Source: Eledone cirrhosa
Lineage: Eukaryota
Direction: 5' to 3'
Assembly (NCBI GenBank): GCA_964016885.1
Contig: OZ024742.1
Coordinates: forward strand, 79,546,001-79,610,000
DNA length: 64,000 bases
The notes beneath the pieces were generated by a model that was not told where the DNA came from, did no database searches, and saw only the letters and a list, made by a program, of their open reading frames with translations. Position numbers and translations under genes: made by a program. How positions within the stretch are numbered: position 1 is the first letter of the stretch; every line of letters begins with the position of its first letter. Below are positions 25,346 to 40,000 of the stretch, piece by piece.

Positions 25346-26359
25346 CAGCGAGATCGTATAAATACATACCAGAAGGTGAGGTTAAACTATTTTGCAACTG
25401 AAATTCAAATCTGTCTGAAAGCGTTAGAGGTTAGTTGGGTTGCAGTGTGGTATTTTCCATGTTGGCGAAATTTCGGCGTATTAACGTTACGTTTTGTATA
25501 CTGAAGTGAGAGAGTGGTTCAGCCATATTATATTTCCTTTTATACTTTTGTAGATATGCATTCCGTATATATTCTATTTTATTTGTATTTTATGTTTGGC
25601 TCAACATTCCTTTAGTGCACTGATAAAATCTCTTTCTCTCACTCTCTCTCTGTCATACACCCGCATACACGTAGACACACATATACATAGATGTATATAA
25701 TGTATATATATATATATATGTGTGCGTGTGTGTGTGTGCGTATGTTCGTTTTTTTTCCAATGTCTATGGAGATTTGGATACTTTTCTATAGAAGTGAAAA
25801 TTATCACACCATAATCATTGTAATACCTCGTTAGAATTTTTTCGTCTTCAGTATAGAAGGCGTCGTCTTTGCACTGAAAACCATTTGCCAAATACTTTTG
25901 TGGAACAAAATGGAATCTCAATGGAATTGTCTTATTTTTGCTAAATTCTGTCAATCCAATTAATGGTGGTAATATATTACGCCCTTAGCAGATAAACATC
26001 AAAATAGAGCTAAATATTGTTTACTATAAGTAAAAAAATCACGTACCAAAACTAACTGGTAACATCGATAGAGCATGTTTAATGTAAATGAGTTCATATC
26101 TGAAATGCAAACACCCTCATATATCTATCAACCGGTAATACTTCACAGGAGCGTATATCAATTTCTGTTGCAGCTAATGTTACCAAATGCATGTTCATAA
26201 AAATAAAGATATAATAAAAGAATTGTAAAATTGCTGAGTAATCTGCATGTTAGATAAAATCAACATATCAAACATTTGAAAAATGCTGCTTAATTCTGCT
26301 TAAGGAAAAATAGAAATGAATTTATTTAAAATTTGTTTCTATATTTAATATCACCATAA

Positions 26360-26960
26360 AGCAGGTAGAGAAGTTCAATTATCCCGGGGCCGTGTTCATG
26401 AGTGATGGAAGGCAGGAGGCATAATTAAATGCAAGAAATGTAAAAGCTGGTGCAGTAATGCACCAGTTTCAACATTCATTAATCAGAAGAAGCGAGGCAG
26501 GCATAAATGCCAAACTCGCTATCTTCAATTCGGTATACGTACCAACCCTTACCTATGGTCATGAATCTTGGGTAACGACCGAAAGAATACTACCGTGAAT
26601 ACAATCGGTCGAAATGGGATTCCTCTGAAGGTCTTTGGAGTAAGGTTTGAATGTTTCAGGAAAGAATCATTGGACAGATTTTACGGAGAAAACCTACCAG
26701 CAAGAGACCCAGGGAAAGACCCTGGGCCAGATAGTTGCATAATATCCATGAAATTAGCTGGTCATCGTTGGGAATTCAGTCGGATCAGTTGGAGACGGTT
26801 GCTTCTGACAGGACCCACTGGAATCTACCCCAACTACCCTCTCAGGAATAAGTAGGCGAACAAGAAGAAGAAGAAGAAGAAGAAGAAGAAGAAGAAGAAG
26901 AAGAAGAAGAAGAAGAAGAAGAAGAAGAAGAAGAAGAAGAAGAAGAAGAAGAAGAAGAAA
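26360..26960 (+). mobile_element. RTE-like LINE 3' fragment with (GAA)n tail
   Basis: QVEKFNYPG..SDGR..KLAIFNSVYVPTLTYGHESWVTT, followed by (GAA)n at about 26863-26958. Confidence 0.75.
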
Positions 26961-27029
26961 AAGCTCAGAGATTAGGTAACAGGAAACTAACTCTCAAACT
27001 TGAACCTCGTGAATAATTAGGCAAAAAGT

Positions 27030-27378
27030 TTGCAGTAGAGTACAGACGCCAATATCCAATGATCACTTACTCCAGCTCGTGGTCCGACTTCCATAGGTGT
27101 CACATTTTCTCCCTGATATTGCGAGAGAAAATGCCAGCTCTCGCACCGAGGACCGAGGAGGTATCAATGACGGCTGACTAAAAGGAATCAGTCTGTCAAC
27201 GCTTGACAATTTGTTATCTAGCGCTCCACTGCGTTTCGTGAATGGGTAGCCACGTTTGTGGCCAAATCGATGAGCTGTGTAAATGTGTGAGTCCCCGAAT
27301 CTGTAGCGTCCCAGACGAGTGAATTATTCTCCTCAGAATAAAAAAAATTGTTCAACCATTCTCTGTTTTTATCACCAA
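27030..27378 (-). mobile_element. Degraded CRE-like RLE endonuclease fragment
   Basis: Minus-strand translation GDK..FFYSEENNSLVWDAT..TF resembles the PDG....GKxLVWDAT motif of CRE-clade elements. Confidence 0.45.
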
Positions 27379-27417
27379 TGCGACTTTAGAAATATTTAAT
27401 ATACATAGCTTGCCTAA

Positions 27418-27509
<92 letters not shown>

Positions 27510-28849
27510 AAATTATGAAACATTTGTATTTTTGTAACAATGTGGTAATCTATTTGTCTACTGAAGCAAATCTTAATTAAAGTTCTTATACAAAAGAACA
27601 AACAAAAAATAAACAAAACAAAAACAAAACAAAAGACAAACAAACAAGCATGAAAAGTAATTATTTTACCAATAATGACAACTGCAGCAACCTGAGTCTA
27701 TGGAGCTGCTATGTAGTTGTCACTTAAAATAAGAGCCACCTAACACACTGATATCTTAAATAAGGAAAACTAATACATTGTATCCTAAACGGACGGTAGT
27801 CCGTTTAGTAATACGTTATACAATGTATCTCCCGACAACCATTTATGGTTATATCAAGTAGTATAACCATAAATGGTAGTCGGGAGTGAAGCCGCTATCA
27901 TGTGAATGGGTGTTTTGCAGGTGTTTTAAGTGGTTATGTAGTGAACAATTGCTGCGTGGGGGAACGGTGACACACACCAGAGAATGTGATAAATAAAACA
28001 ATTGAATGAGGGGGATTACATGTTCAATTCCGAGCAAAATCTGTGTCCAGAAAATGTTGTGAATTCAACACATCAAAGTTGCACAGAATAATCGGCAGAT
28101 AATCGATATCAGCCATATATGCCACTTTGCCGATTAATCAGTTTTGATAATTATTCAGTATTTATTTTTTATTCATTTTGATTGGCAGGTCTGCTGGAAC
28201 AGAAAAAAATGGGAAGTACATAAGAAACATTTAATTTCCTACGACACACAATCTAAGCGCCCCGTTTTTAGTTCCCAATTGGAAATGTCTTAGGATGGCT
28301 TTCCTGTATATTATAGGGGATCTCTTACCTACCCGAGGGGATGCTAGTTTCTGATTTCATGTTACTTTAAAGGTACTCAAACATTTTCCAGAAATAATTA
28401 TTTGTGTTATCTTCATTCCTGCAAACAAAAACTATAATTCCATATTTAAAAAAATGGTAAATTATAATGTAAAATCCTCATTCTTTCTCCCTTTTTGGAA
28501 CATAGACTATTTTCTGCAAACTTGGATATGTTACCTCCCACAGGAAAATCAACCTAATTATTTTTATTATCTGCTCAATAATAGGAGCACCTTAATATCA
28601 TAATAAATAATTACATTAAATCTAATCGCCGGCCAATGTTTTGGCATCGGTCCATAACCCAAAGCCGATTAATCGCTATTTCATTATTGGTCAATTTAAT
28701 TATCAGAGAACTTCAGTATAATATAATCTTAGATACACCTAAGCAGATATGATGGTCACAACTGAATTGCCTACGATGCTAAGGAGTCTATTTCCTCATA
28801 GCTGCTTGGAGCTGAACGACTACTGTTACTTGTCATGTACACACTTCCC

Positions 28850-28887
<38 letters not shown>

Positions 28888-28993
28888 AATAGAATGAAAC
28901 GAAATTTCATTTCTCACTCTTAGTACGGCACTTACTTAAATGTAAGTATGTATGTATACGTACATACATATATGTATACAGACGTACAGTAGC

Positions 28994-29029
<36 letters not shown>

Positions 29030-29038
<9 letters not shown>

Positions 29039-29357
29039 CAGGCACACATATATATATACGTATCAGTTTAGCGAACATTTATTATAATGTTCGCTTTGTT
29101 CGTTTGTAAACAAACGGACAGTCTGATTTATGCCGTACGGTGTTAAGGCAACCACGTCACCTTTTTGTTCAACACTGACACAGGAACGATGTACTAGTTT
29201 CAAGCTTGTTAGCTATCGTCAGCACCGTATACCCTTCTGCCAGATAGTTGAACGTTCGAAAGTATATACTTTCCTTATGAAAATTAGCGAACAAACCGAA
29301 CATTATAATAAATGTTCGCTAAACTGATACGTACATATATATATGTGTGCCTGTATG

Positions 29358-29365
<8 letters not shown>
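29030..29365. mobile_element. Fold-back or MITE-like element in (TA)n
   Basis: About 75-bp inverted arms (29030-29102 and 29288-29365), each containing an imperfect palindrome (gcgaacatttattataatgttcgc on the left arm). Confidence 0.6.
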
Positions 29366-29420
<55 letters not shown>

Positions 29421-29586
29421 ACTCCTTTAAAAACCCTGTCCAACAAAACAGACACCCTAAACTAGGTAAAAACATACTACATAAAAACAATTATCCATTT
29501 TAATAGAATTAAAACAACAGAAAGCCGCTTCGTATGAGAAAATTTTCAACTGCGTTCTTAGTCCACACAGTATATATATGTATATG

Positions 29587-29638
<52 letters not shown>

Positions 29639-29665
29639 GTATCTCTCTCTCTCTTTCTCACTCAC

Positions 29666-29740
<75 letters not shown>

Positions 29741-30182
29741 CGGCGATGAATTAGTTATATAAAAGAGACAGAAGCGAAAAGCGAAAACCAACCAAACAGT
29801 GAGTGTGTTCTGTTATTAATTCTGGCAATATTACACAAATATGACCCTCCCCAAGTATAACAATATATATATATATATAAACTTTCCTTACACAACAACA
29901 AAATACAAGAATAAACCAGCCAAAACTGAACCGTGCAAAATACAATTATTTAATTTAACAAAATTAAAATATACGTATGTATGAATACGTATGTAAACAC
30001 ACACACACACTCACACACACATATATATATATATGTATATATACACACATACATACACATACACTCACACATATATAAATGTATATATTTATATATATGT
30101 ATACATATATATTCATATGCATTACACAAATACACACACAAACATACACTGCCCCGAAGTTAAGTTAAACTGTCAATATGGG

Positions 30183-30341
<159 letters not shown>

Positions 30342-30383
30342 CTTGTAACGATATATGCATACATATATCAATACACACACATG

Positions 30384-30444
<61 letters not shown>

Positions 30445-32407
30445 ATATATATATGTATATATATATATATACACATACATGTGTGTGTATTGATATATGT
30501 ATGTATATATCGTTGCAAGATATCGCTCATCAAAGTACACAGCAGGAATGTTCAATATAATTAACAATTATTTCATTAGGTGCTGCAAAAAAAGTTTCGA
30601 AGTAAATTAGCTTAGAATTTCTTAACAACAAAAACACAGAGGGTTGATTTAATTAGGCAACAGCCAACTAATAGCAACTAGAGAAAACAACAACCCACTC
30701 GACAACAATAAGAACATAAACATCTTAACTAACATAGCATATGTTTACTGTAGACAGGAATAAATTATTTAAAAGGTGTGAGCAAATACATACACTCAAA
30801 CGCACATAGAGACACACTAATACACACACGCACACGTACACATACGCCCCCCCCCACACACACACAGACGTATGTTCACGTGTACATATCAATACACACG
30901 AATGCACACATATATGGATCGATGAATATTTGTGTTTACAAGTAGAGAACAATGTACTCGAAACAAAGTAGAATTTGCATAGTTTATGATGAAGTTTATT
31001 GTAAGTTTATTATAGACTGTTAGTTATATCCTACCACGTATCCACACACACGTATAAAGACAAACATAGTCACTCACACACGTAATTTGGTTGAGAAGAT
31101 ATATTTTCTCACAACTCATATCATTATAGAATAGATGCTTTGCAATTCTTTCATATTTCAAACGAACTCAGTGTCTTGCCTACCATAGTCTGTTATTTTG
31201 AAAGAAGAGTGTCTATGCTAACATTTTCTGAATTCAGAACTTCAACACCCTCTCACGAAATATAACATTCACATTTCAAAGCCATACAAAAAAACTAAAA
31301 AAAAAAAAAAAAAAAAAAAACGAAATGCCCAGGTCATAACGAACTTTGTGATTTTCCGAAAGATATACAAATTTCACCTCTGAATTCTATTTTTAGTTTA
31401 CTCGTTAGTATTTACACCTTTGTTCAACATATACAATTATAGGAAGAAATATAAGAATCCACACGAAGCTTTGTAGGACTATTCTAATAAATAAACATTC
31501 TTACATGCTATAGCCAATGGAATTTTATATGTAAAAGCTAGATGATAGTTTTCAACGTGTACATCAATATCACAATCATTAGGGTGCAAAAAGGGTGCAA
31601 AAAGTAGTTTTGGATTATGATTTAAAATGAAGTCGGTTGAAATTAAACAACATACACCTCTTGGAGTAGTGTAGATTTATAAACTTTGATCAGTTTTTGA
31701 TCGTGATTAAATATCCATTTCAAAATATATAGTAAATAATTGTTTCTACTTTAGGCACGTTTCTACTTTAGGCAATTGTTTCTACTTTAGGGAAGTTTAC
31801 GCACATGGTGGATAGAATGTTATGGAATCGCTGCCGTAAATTTTTGATTTTTTACATATTTAAAACAATTGTGATAGAATAATTCTTATTACAAATGGGG
31901 CATAACACACCAGTATTAACTCTCAGGAAGGAAGTGACAACGCATAACACTATGGCATAGAGCTCCAATATTTAATTTTGTATTAGAGATTTTATAGTAA
32001 AAAAAGAAAATGGTTACAAATGGTCACAAATGGAAGAAAACAACAGCCAAATAATTTCACCACCAACACCACCACCGCCGGCGCCACCACCACCCCTACC
32101 ACAAAAAATGTAGCTAGAGACAAACCAACAGCAGCAACAACACCATCACTACAGTACTACTACCCCATCACCACCATCACCACCGTCACTCATCGCTACC
32201 ACCACTATTCCCTCACTACCTCCTGTTAAGAGAGGGAAGGTAGTAGTGCCACTACACATGACTAAAAGCGAGGAAGTCACCAACATATATAAATAGACTG
32301 ATTTAGTGACCCGGTCAAACAGCTAAAAACAACACCATAATAATTATTGTTGTATCTCTAAACTCTCTCAAAATGTTTAGTTTAAACGATGTCAAATAAT
32401 AATAATA

Positions 32408-32838
32408 ATTGTTTCTACTTTTGGCACAAGGCCAGCAATTATCCCAGTTTATTACTGGTACTTTATTTTATCGACCCCGTAAGGATGAAAGGCAAAGTTA
32501 ACCACGGCGGGATTTGAACTCCGATCATAAAGAGCCATAGCTCTTTGCTGCAAAGCATGACGTCAGACCCTCTACCGATACTGCCAATCCATCGCCCTTT
32601 CAAATAATAATAATAATAATGGTTTCTTATGTAGGCACAAGGCCAGCAATTTTGGGGGAGGGAAAAGTCGATGAAATCGACCCCAGTGCGTGACTGGTAC
32701 ATTATTTTATCGACCCTGTAAGGATGAAAGGCAAAGTTAACCTCGGCGGGATTTGAACTCAGATCATAAAGGGCCGTAACTCTATGCGGAAAAGCATGGC
32801 GTCCGACCCTCTACCGATACTGCCAATCCACCGCCCTA
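32408..32838 (-). mobile_element. Two tandem CORE-type SINEs separated by (TAA)n
   Basis: Copies at about 32408-32598 and 32620-32838; same family as 10758. Confidence 0.8.
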
Positions 32839-33139
32839 TAAATAATAATAATAATGATAAGCAACAAGTCGAAAAATTACAGAACAGAAGACAGACAAAA
32901 AGAAACGCAACAGCAAAAGAAAATCAAATTTCAAAAGTTTTGAACGCAACAACACCCACTTCCCTCGTAGCTAAAATCAAAAACAGCAGCAGCAACAACA
33001 ACACTAGTAAACGATGTTACTGGTCTTGAAAAACAAAAAGGAAAAAAAAACAAACTAAGTCAGACATTCAAACATTACAATGAAACTTATGTTTATTTTT
33101 TAAGGTTTTTATCTATTTATTTGTTTATTTATTTATGTT

Positions 33140-36100
33140 CGTCTACAGCGTGATGGTGTCACGCTAAAATCACCGGGGGGTGATGAAATCACCGGTGGTT
33201 ATGTAACCATACATTCACCAATCCTCGATATGTGTGTTTAAATGTCGAACCTAAATATTATGAATAACGGTGAAAAGGAGACTGGAACGCCATGTAAAAG
33301 ACTCTGACCCAGCAAGTGCTCCCTGGTCCAGCAGCAGGGACCTGGCTGTCATACAAATACTGCTGGTGTTGGAGGAAGAAGGAGGAAAGGAACAAGAACC
33401 AACTGGACGAAAGAATTGAATAGAACTGAAATGCAATGTTACCTGAAGAGTAACCCCAAGGAAAAAGGCTATAGGAAACGGATGCATAACATATGGAACG
33501 AGATTGGTCTATTTAAATTATATGAACAAACATTAGCCGGGCAGGCTCGGGTAATAAGAAATAATGGATGGATAAGCGAGTTGGAACTGGGGGAACTGAG
33601 CAGAGAGATTAAGTTGGAAATGGAGAATGGAGTATGTCAGGCAAACGAGCCAGAGGGAAATGAAGGTGAAGAGATTGAGAAACCTGAGGAAGCATCGGAA
33701 GCAGACAATGATCTGAATGCTGAAATAAATATCATCTGGAACAAAGATACGGCCATTGAGGAAATGAATGGTGACGGACTAGGACAAGATTTGGTAGATA
33801 TCCTGAACTTAGTGGTAGATGAAATGAACAATGATAATGGAAAACCTATGAACCTAAGATTTGTAGAGAGGAAAAAGTGAAAAGAAGCAACAGCTAAGGT
33901 AAACAAAGTCACCCCATACCTTGAGGCGAGGAACCTTCACCATTGCAACAATATCATCAAAGCTACAACAAATGCGGTGAGGAACGTACTTGGCATAAAA
34001 ACAACAAACAAGAAATAATATCAGAACCTTGGTGGAAGAAACGACAGAATCGTCAAATCAAGGAAATGAGAAAAGACATTAGAAAGCTTGAGTCCTTACT
34101 GAATGGGACATTACAAAACATAGACACTAAAGATAGATTGGAAATAAAGTACAAAACTAGGAGCAAAATGCTAAATATTATCATAGAGGAACTGAAGCAA
34201 CGTATTGTAGCAAAAAGTGCAAAGATTAGGCGGTATGAGAGCAGAGTCAGTCAGTAGAGACAGAACCGCATGTTTGACAACAACCAGAAGATGTTGTGTG
34301 GACAGCTTAAAGGGAAAGAAAGAGGCAACGGCTTGATCCCTGAGTCGGAACAAACTAAGACATTCTCGAGAGGAATATGGGGGCAGGATGTTGAACATAA
34401 TGGTCAGGCAGTGTGGATTGAGACAGTTCAAAGAGTGATTAGTGAACAAGCACATCAACAACCTGATTTGTGTATCACAGTTGAAACTCTTAAAGGGCAG
34501 GCTAAAAAACTAACCAACTGGAAATCACCAGGCCCAGATGTGCAAGGGTATTGGATTAAAAATATAAAATCCCTCCACCCGAAACTGACAACTATGTTCA
34601 ATGACTGCTTGATGTCAGGTGAGGTACCAGAGTGGTTGACAAAAGGTACCACAGTTCTGGTAAAGAAAGATGGAATCAAGGGTAATGATGTTACCAACTA
34701 TAGGCCTATCACATGTCTGTCCGTAATGTGGAAACTGTTAACAAGCATTGTGTCTGAGGAAATCTACCACCACCTCCACATAAACAACTTGTTACCGGAC
34801 GAACAGAAAGGATGCCGAAAGAAGTCCCGTTGTACAAAAGACCAGTTATTATTTATAAGATGGTAATGAGGAATTACAAGAGGAGACACACTGGTCTTGC
34901 CATGGGATGGATATACTAAGAAAAGGCATTCAACATGGTACCTCATTCTTGGATAACCAAATGCCTAGAGATCTTCAAGGTGGCAGATAACATCAGACAA
35001 TTGTTGAGCAAAAGTATGAAGTCCTGGGAAACAGAGTTAACATCGGGTGGGGAATCCTTGGGAGGCGCGAAGATCAAGAGAGGTATCTTCCAGGAGGATA
35101 GTTTGTCCCCTCTGCTGTTTGTCCTTGCCCTGATACCCCTGAACGTTATATTGCGAAAAGAGGAGAGCAGGATACAAGTTGGGAAAAGGAGAGCTTACCA
35201 TCAACCACCTCCTCTTCATGGACGATCTTAAACTCTTTGGGAAGAGTGAAAAGGAGCTGAATGTACTTGTTGGTACTGTCCGTATTTTCAGCAATGATAT
35301 ATGTATGGAATTTGGTATTAATAAGTGTGGAGTCCTAGTGATAAAGAGAGGTAAATTGAGCAGAAGCAACGGAATCCAGGTACCAACAGGTGAGATGATA
35401 AAGGAAATTGATACTGAAGAGGGATACAAATATTTAGGTGTTCTGGAGGCAGATGACATCAAGAATAAAAAAATTGAAGGCATTGATAAGATCTGAGTAC
35501 ATAAGGAGAGTAGGGAGCGTATTAAAGTTACATCTGAACAGTAGGAATGTCATAAGTGCGGTGATTTCCCGAGCTATGTCTATTATTAGGTACAATGCAG
35601 GAATTTGAAATGGAATGTTGCTGAACAAAAAGAAATGGATAGGAACACTAGGAACCTATTGACTATCTACATGTTCCACAAGAGGAGTGATGTTGATAGA
35701 CTCTACTTAAAGCGATATGAAGGTTGTAGAGATCTTATCAGCACAGAGGACTGTGTTCAGAGGGTGAAAAACAACCTGCACAAATACGTGACTGACAGTA
35801 GGGAGCCAATGCTCAAAATTGTACTGAAGGAGAAGACAATAGACCAAGGGATGCCAAGGACGAAATAACAACAAGGAGGAAGAGCAACCTTCATGAAAAA
35901 TCCCTTTATAGTACCTTCTTTAAGAAAACTGAATTTAGAGATCCACAGACATGAACTGGTTAAAAAGAGGAGACCTTAAAACGCTACAGAATGAATGCTA
36001 ATGGCTGCGCAAGAGCAGGCCCTCAGAACGAAGTGAGTGAAACACCATATTTACAAGAAGGAGGCTAGCTCACTGTGTAGGATGTGTGGAGAGAGGAGAC

Positions 36101-36725
36101 TGTGGCTTACATCGTCTCCGAGTGTAAACACCTAGCCCAGACTCACTATAAAGGCTGGAGACATAATGTGATAAGCAAGGTGATCCACTGGCATCTATGC
36201 AAACTAAATAATTTACCACATTCTGAGAAGTGGTATCAGCATAAGACAGAGTCGGTGATAGAAAACGATCAGGTGAAGGTGTTATTGGATTTTAAGGTAC
36301 AGACGGACAAGAAATTAGAACACAATAGGCCTGACCTGGTGGTTTGGGACAAGGAAAAAAGATCGTGCCTGATTGTATATGTAGCCTGCCCATTTGACAC
36401 GAGAGTGCAAGAAAATGAGAGGGAGAAAATTAACCGATACCAGGACTTAAAGTGGGAGTTAAAAAGGATTTGGAACTGCCATGAAATCAAGGTCGTTCCG
36501 ATTGTCATAGGCGCACTAGGTACTATCACAAAGAGTTTCCAAGGATGGTTAAAAAAGATTAGTCCAGCCCCACTTTGTGGAACACTTCAAAAGGCATGCT
36601 TTCTGGGAACAGCAAGAACCCTCCGATACGTCCTGAATATCTGAGGCTGCAGGTAGCGGCTTGATATTCATTTCAACAAAAGTTCCAGTTAAATAACATC
36701 AATGACTGAGACTCAAAGAACAATG
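33140..36725 (+). mobile_element. Near full-length degenerate R4/Dong-like non-LTR retrotransposon (RT plus RLE)
   Basis: CY.KS.P..GYRKRM, NWKSPGPD, NYRPITCL, GIFQEDSLSPLLF, HLLFMDDLKL, RHN, HNRPDLVV..VACPFD..EKINRY..VPIVIGALG; ends in (TAA)n. 5' boundary approximate. Confidence 0.88.
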
Positions 36726-36741
36726 ATAATAAATAATAATG

Positions 36742-36786
<45 letters not shown>

Positions 36787-36787
<1 letters not shown>

Positions 36788-36990
36788 TTTCTAGTATAGG
36801 CACAAGGCCAGTAATTTGGGGGAAGGAGAAAGTCGATTAACTCGACCCCAGTACGTTACTTATGCGTTATTTTATCGACCCCATAAGGATGAAAGGCAAA
36901 GTTAACCTCGGCAGGATTTGAACTCAGACCACAAAGGGACGTAACTGTATGCTGCAAAGCATGGCGTCCGACTCTCTACCGATACTGCCA
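36787..36990 (-). mobile_element. CORE-type SINE
   Basis: Same family as 10758 and 32620. Confidence 0.8.
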
Positions 36991-37002
36991 AATAATAATA
37001 AT

Positions 37003-40000
37003 GCTTTCTTTATTAACCACAAGGGTTTACACAAAGTAAGACATTAAGGACAATACAGGACAATACTGGATGGTACAGATGGGCATTTCTGCGTGTAAAA
37101 AAACAAAAACAGAGGATATAACAAAATAGAAACAATGAAAAATTCCCCAATAGGGGGGAGACTTCCGAGGGACATCCGTGGAGAAACTCCATTAAAAAAG
37201 CCACAGTGACCCTGACCACCAGGGCAAGTGCCCTCTCCCAGTTTTCCACCTTCAATTTACAGGCACATACTCAGAGTAGGCCATTCTTGCCTCTCTCACC
37301 CACCTTTCAACAAAATGCTGGGAAGAGAGCACTTCTCTCTCTACCCTGATTTTCCTTTTCAAATGAAATTTGAAAAAGTTAATCAGGGCATCACCGAAGA
37401 GGTAAGTGCTCGTCTTCAGCCCTTTCAAACACGTCCACCTTACTATCTCTTTCGCCATGGCCACCAGACAGATAAAAATGTCCTGCCCTTCCCGGCTAAA
37501 GGAGGAGGGCGGGACACTCTTCACGGATCCGTCCTACACGCGACAGCAGGTGTTCGACATAAACCCACAAGTCAGCAACGCTCGGACACTGGACGAGTGT
37601 GTGCAGGACGGTTTAGCGCATCTCGGACATGCCCGGCTGACGGCACTTCCATGCCTGTAGAGTTTATCCCGAACTGGCAAAGCTCCTAGGTAGCACTGCC
37701 AAGCCAGGGATTTCTGGAAGTTGTCCATAGGCCCCGGCCCGAAAGTTCTTCCGAAGAGATTGGTTAGTTGATTTTCGTCGGCGTCTAGCGTTTCTCTAAG
37801 TACGTCGTCGCTCTTCCCATCGACTAAGCCTCAATAGAACGCCAAGGTGGAGTTTTCTCGGAACATATTGCCCGACTGGTCGAGGGCTGTGAACGCCTGA
37901 AGACATTCCAATCTCCAAGTGCTCCCTCTCGGTCTTCGCTTGACTGAGGACCGCAGCTCCACCGAGGAGACGAGCTGGGGAAAGACGCGTCTAGCAAACG
38001 GCGACCACAACTGATCACCCTCGAGAAAGAGGTGGAGAAGTCGTAGCCGGAGCGCGTGTCTGCGCATCGTCAGCCATGGCATGCCCAGCTCTCCACGTAG
38101 CGTGTGTTGACAGCAGATGTACCGCCTGACCATCGGAGCGCGTCCCTTCCACAAAAAGCGAAAGAGCAAACGCTCCAACGCACTCTGGCGAGGCTTAGGA
38201 CAAGACACGACGGTCAGGCGGTAGTAGATGACGGACGCGATGTACGCATTTGCCACCTCCGCTCCACCTTTCAGGGATAGCTTCCTCTCTGCCCATTTCT
38301 GGGTGACAGAAGCCACTATGCACGCCACCTCGTCCCAGTTTTTGTCAGTCTGGAGGTCCGGATCGAACCAGACTCCTAGCAATTTAACCGGTCCAGGCCT
38401 GACGACGCTGTTGGACGGCATGGACCTGCCTCTCCAGGTGCCGATCTGCAGGCCCACCGACTTTTGCTGGTTTATCATTGCTCCTGTCACCGCTTCGTAT
38501 TCTCTAAGTGTAGTGCCGATCGGCTCGATGTCTTTGGCGTTCGACACCACTACGGTAACATTGTCCGCATATGCTGACATGGATCTTCCGCATCCTAGTT
38601 CGCGCGGGACCCCCTCAACGTCTCCAGTTTGTGCAGTAATGGATCGAGAGTCAATACGTACAAGAGAGACGAGAGGGGATATCATTGGCGGACCGAGCGC
38701 ATGATGTTGAACGGTTTCGAAAGGTGACCGTTCACTCTCACCAGCCTCTAAAGACGGGCCCAAAGCCACCCGCCCTCAAGACTGCCGCCAGATAACGATG
38801 GTCGACCCTATCAAAAGCTTTCGACTGATCTAAATTGATCAAGGACCCACGCGTGCCAGGTTCCCTAGCTACCGTCTCCACGATGTATCGCCAAGAGGCC
38901 TCCGAACAAGTCTGGCATCTGTACGTAAAGTTCATAGGGCAGACCATCCAAACCAGGCGATTTACCCCTTGTGCAGCTAGTCATTGCCTCCCGTACTTCA
39001 GCGGCTGTTATCGGCTTTTCGCAACACTCCGCCTCAGTGGCCGAGAGCCGCGACAGTCTGTCGAGGTAGGCACTAATCGCCTCGTCTAATTTTCTAACTA
39101 GTTCTCCCTCTGCTCTATTTTTCTCTATTGCTAGAGCCTTACTAAACCTAATGGACATTATTCTAATCGCTCTTTTCAGAGCAAACCACCTTTTGTAGTT
39201 GACGATGGCCCTCGTCAACGCCCGCTTAACAAATTCGCTAATCCTGTCTCTGTACGCCTTGCGTGCTGTTAATGACGCGTTTAGCTTCCAGTAGCCGGGT
39301 CCCTCTCTATGAAACCTATATAAGTCAACTTCACAGATCACGAATTTGTGGTCCATGTAGTCGACTATTTTGAAATGTGGACAGCCTATGCTAGACCTCT
39401 CTATTTCTCTACAAAATACCCTATCTAGATATGATCTGGATGACCCGATACGGTAGTCCATGTCCACATTGACACGTTCGGGAAATCCAGACGGTACCTG
39501 TGAGACAGTTGAAACCGTCTGAGCAGGTTGTGAGGCTTTTACACCCTCCTCCCTTATCCACTAATCCCACACAGTACCAGCGTGCATCTAAGATCCCGTT
39601 CCAGTCGCCCACTAACACTAAAGAGTGTTAGTGGGCGTTCTAAGAAAGGTCTCCAGACGCTGAAAGAAATCAGGCCGCCCTGCTCCTGTCGGGGCATAGA
39701 CGGCCATTAGCCTGAAAACTTCCCCGTGTCCGCTGGTCACGTCCAGCACCACCAACTTACCTTCTGGGTCCAGGAAGATGGCCCGTATGGCGAGATCCAA
39801 ACCTCTCCGAAAAAGCACAGCAACTCCTCCCCCGATCCAGGTTTGCTGGGAGAGGAGTACATATCGTAGCCGCCGAAGATTGGTGCAAAGGCTCGTGCTT
39901 CTGACATTCTGGTCACGCTGAGGGCCACCACATCTATGTTTAGTGACCTGAGGTCGTTGAGCAGGTGGCCCTGCTTCCATGACGACCCCAGGCCACGCGC

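Noticed and set aside
27060-27335. Possible host exon on - with GTAAGT donor at 27065-27070
   Set aside because: The best frame has stops and resembles a decayed CRE-like endonuclease (LVWDAT).
33205-33265. HDV-like ribozyme at the 5' end of the R4/Dong element (TCCTCG loop, partial P1 and P2)
   Set aside because: P3 does not pair and the GG for P1.1 is missing; it would need a family consensus to revisit.
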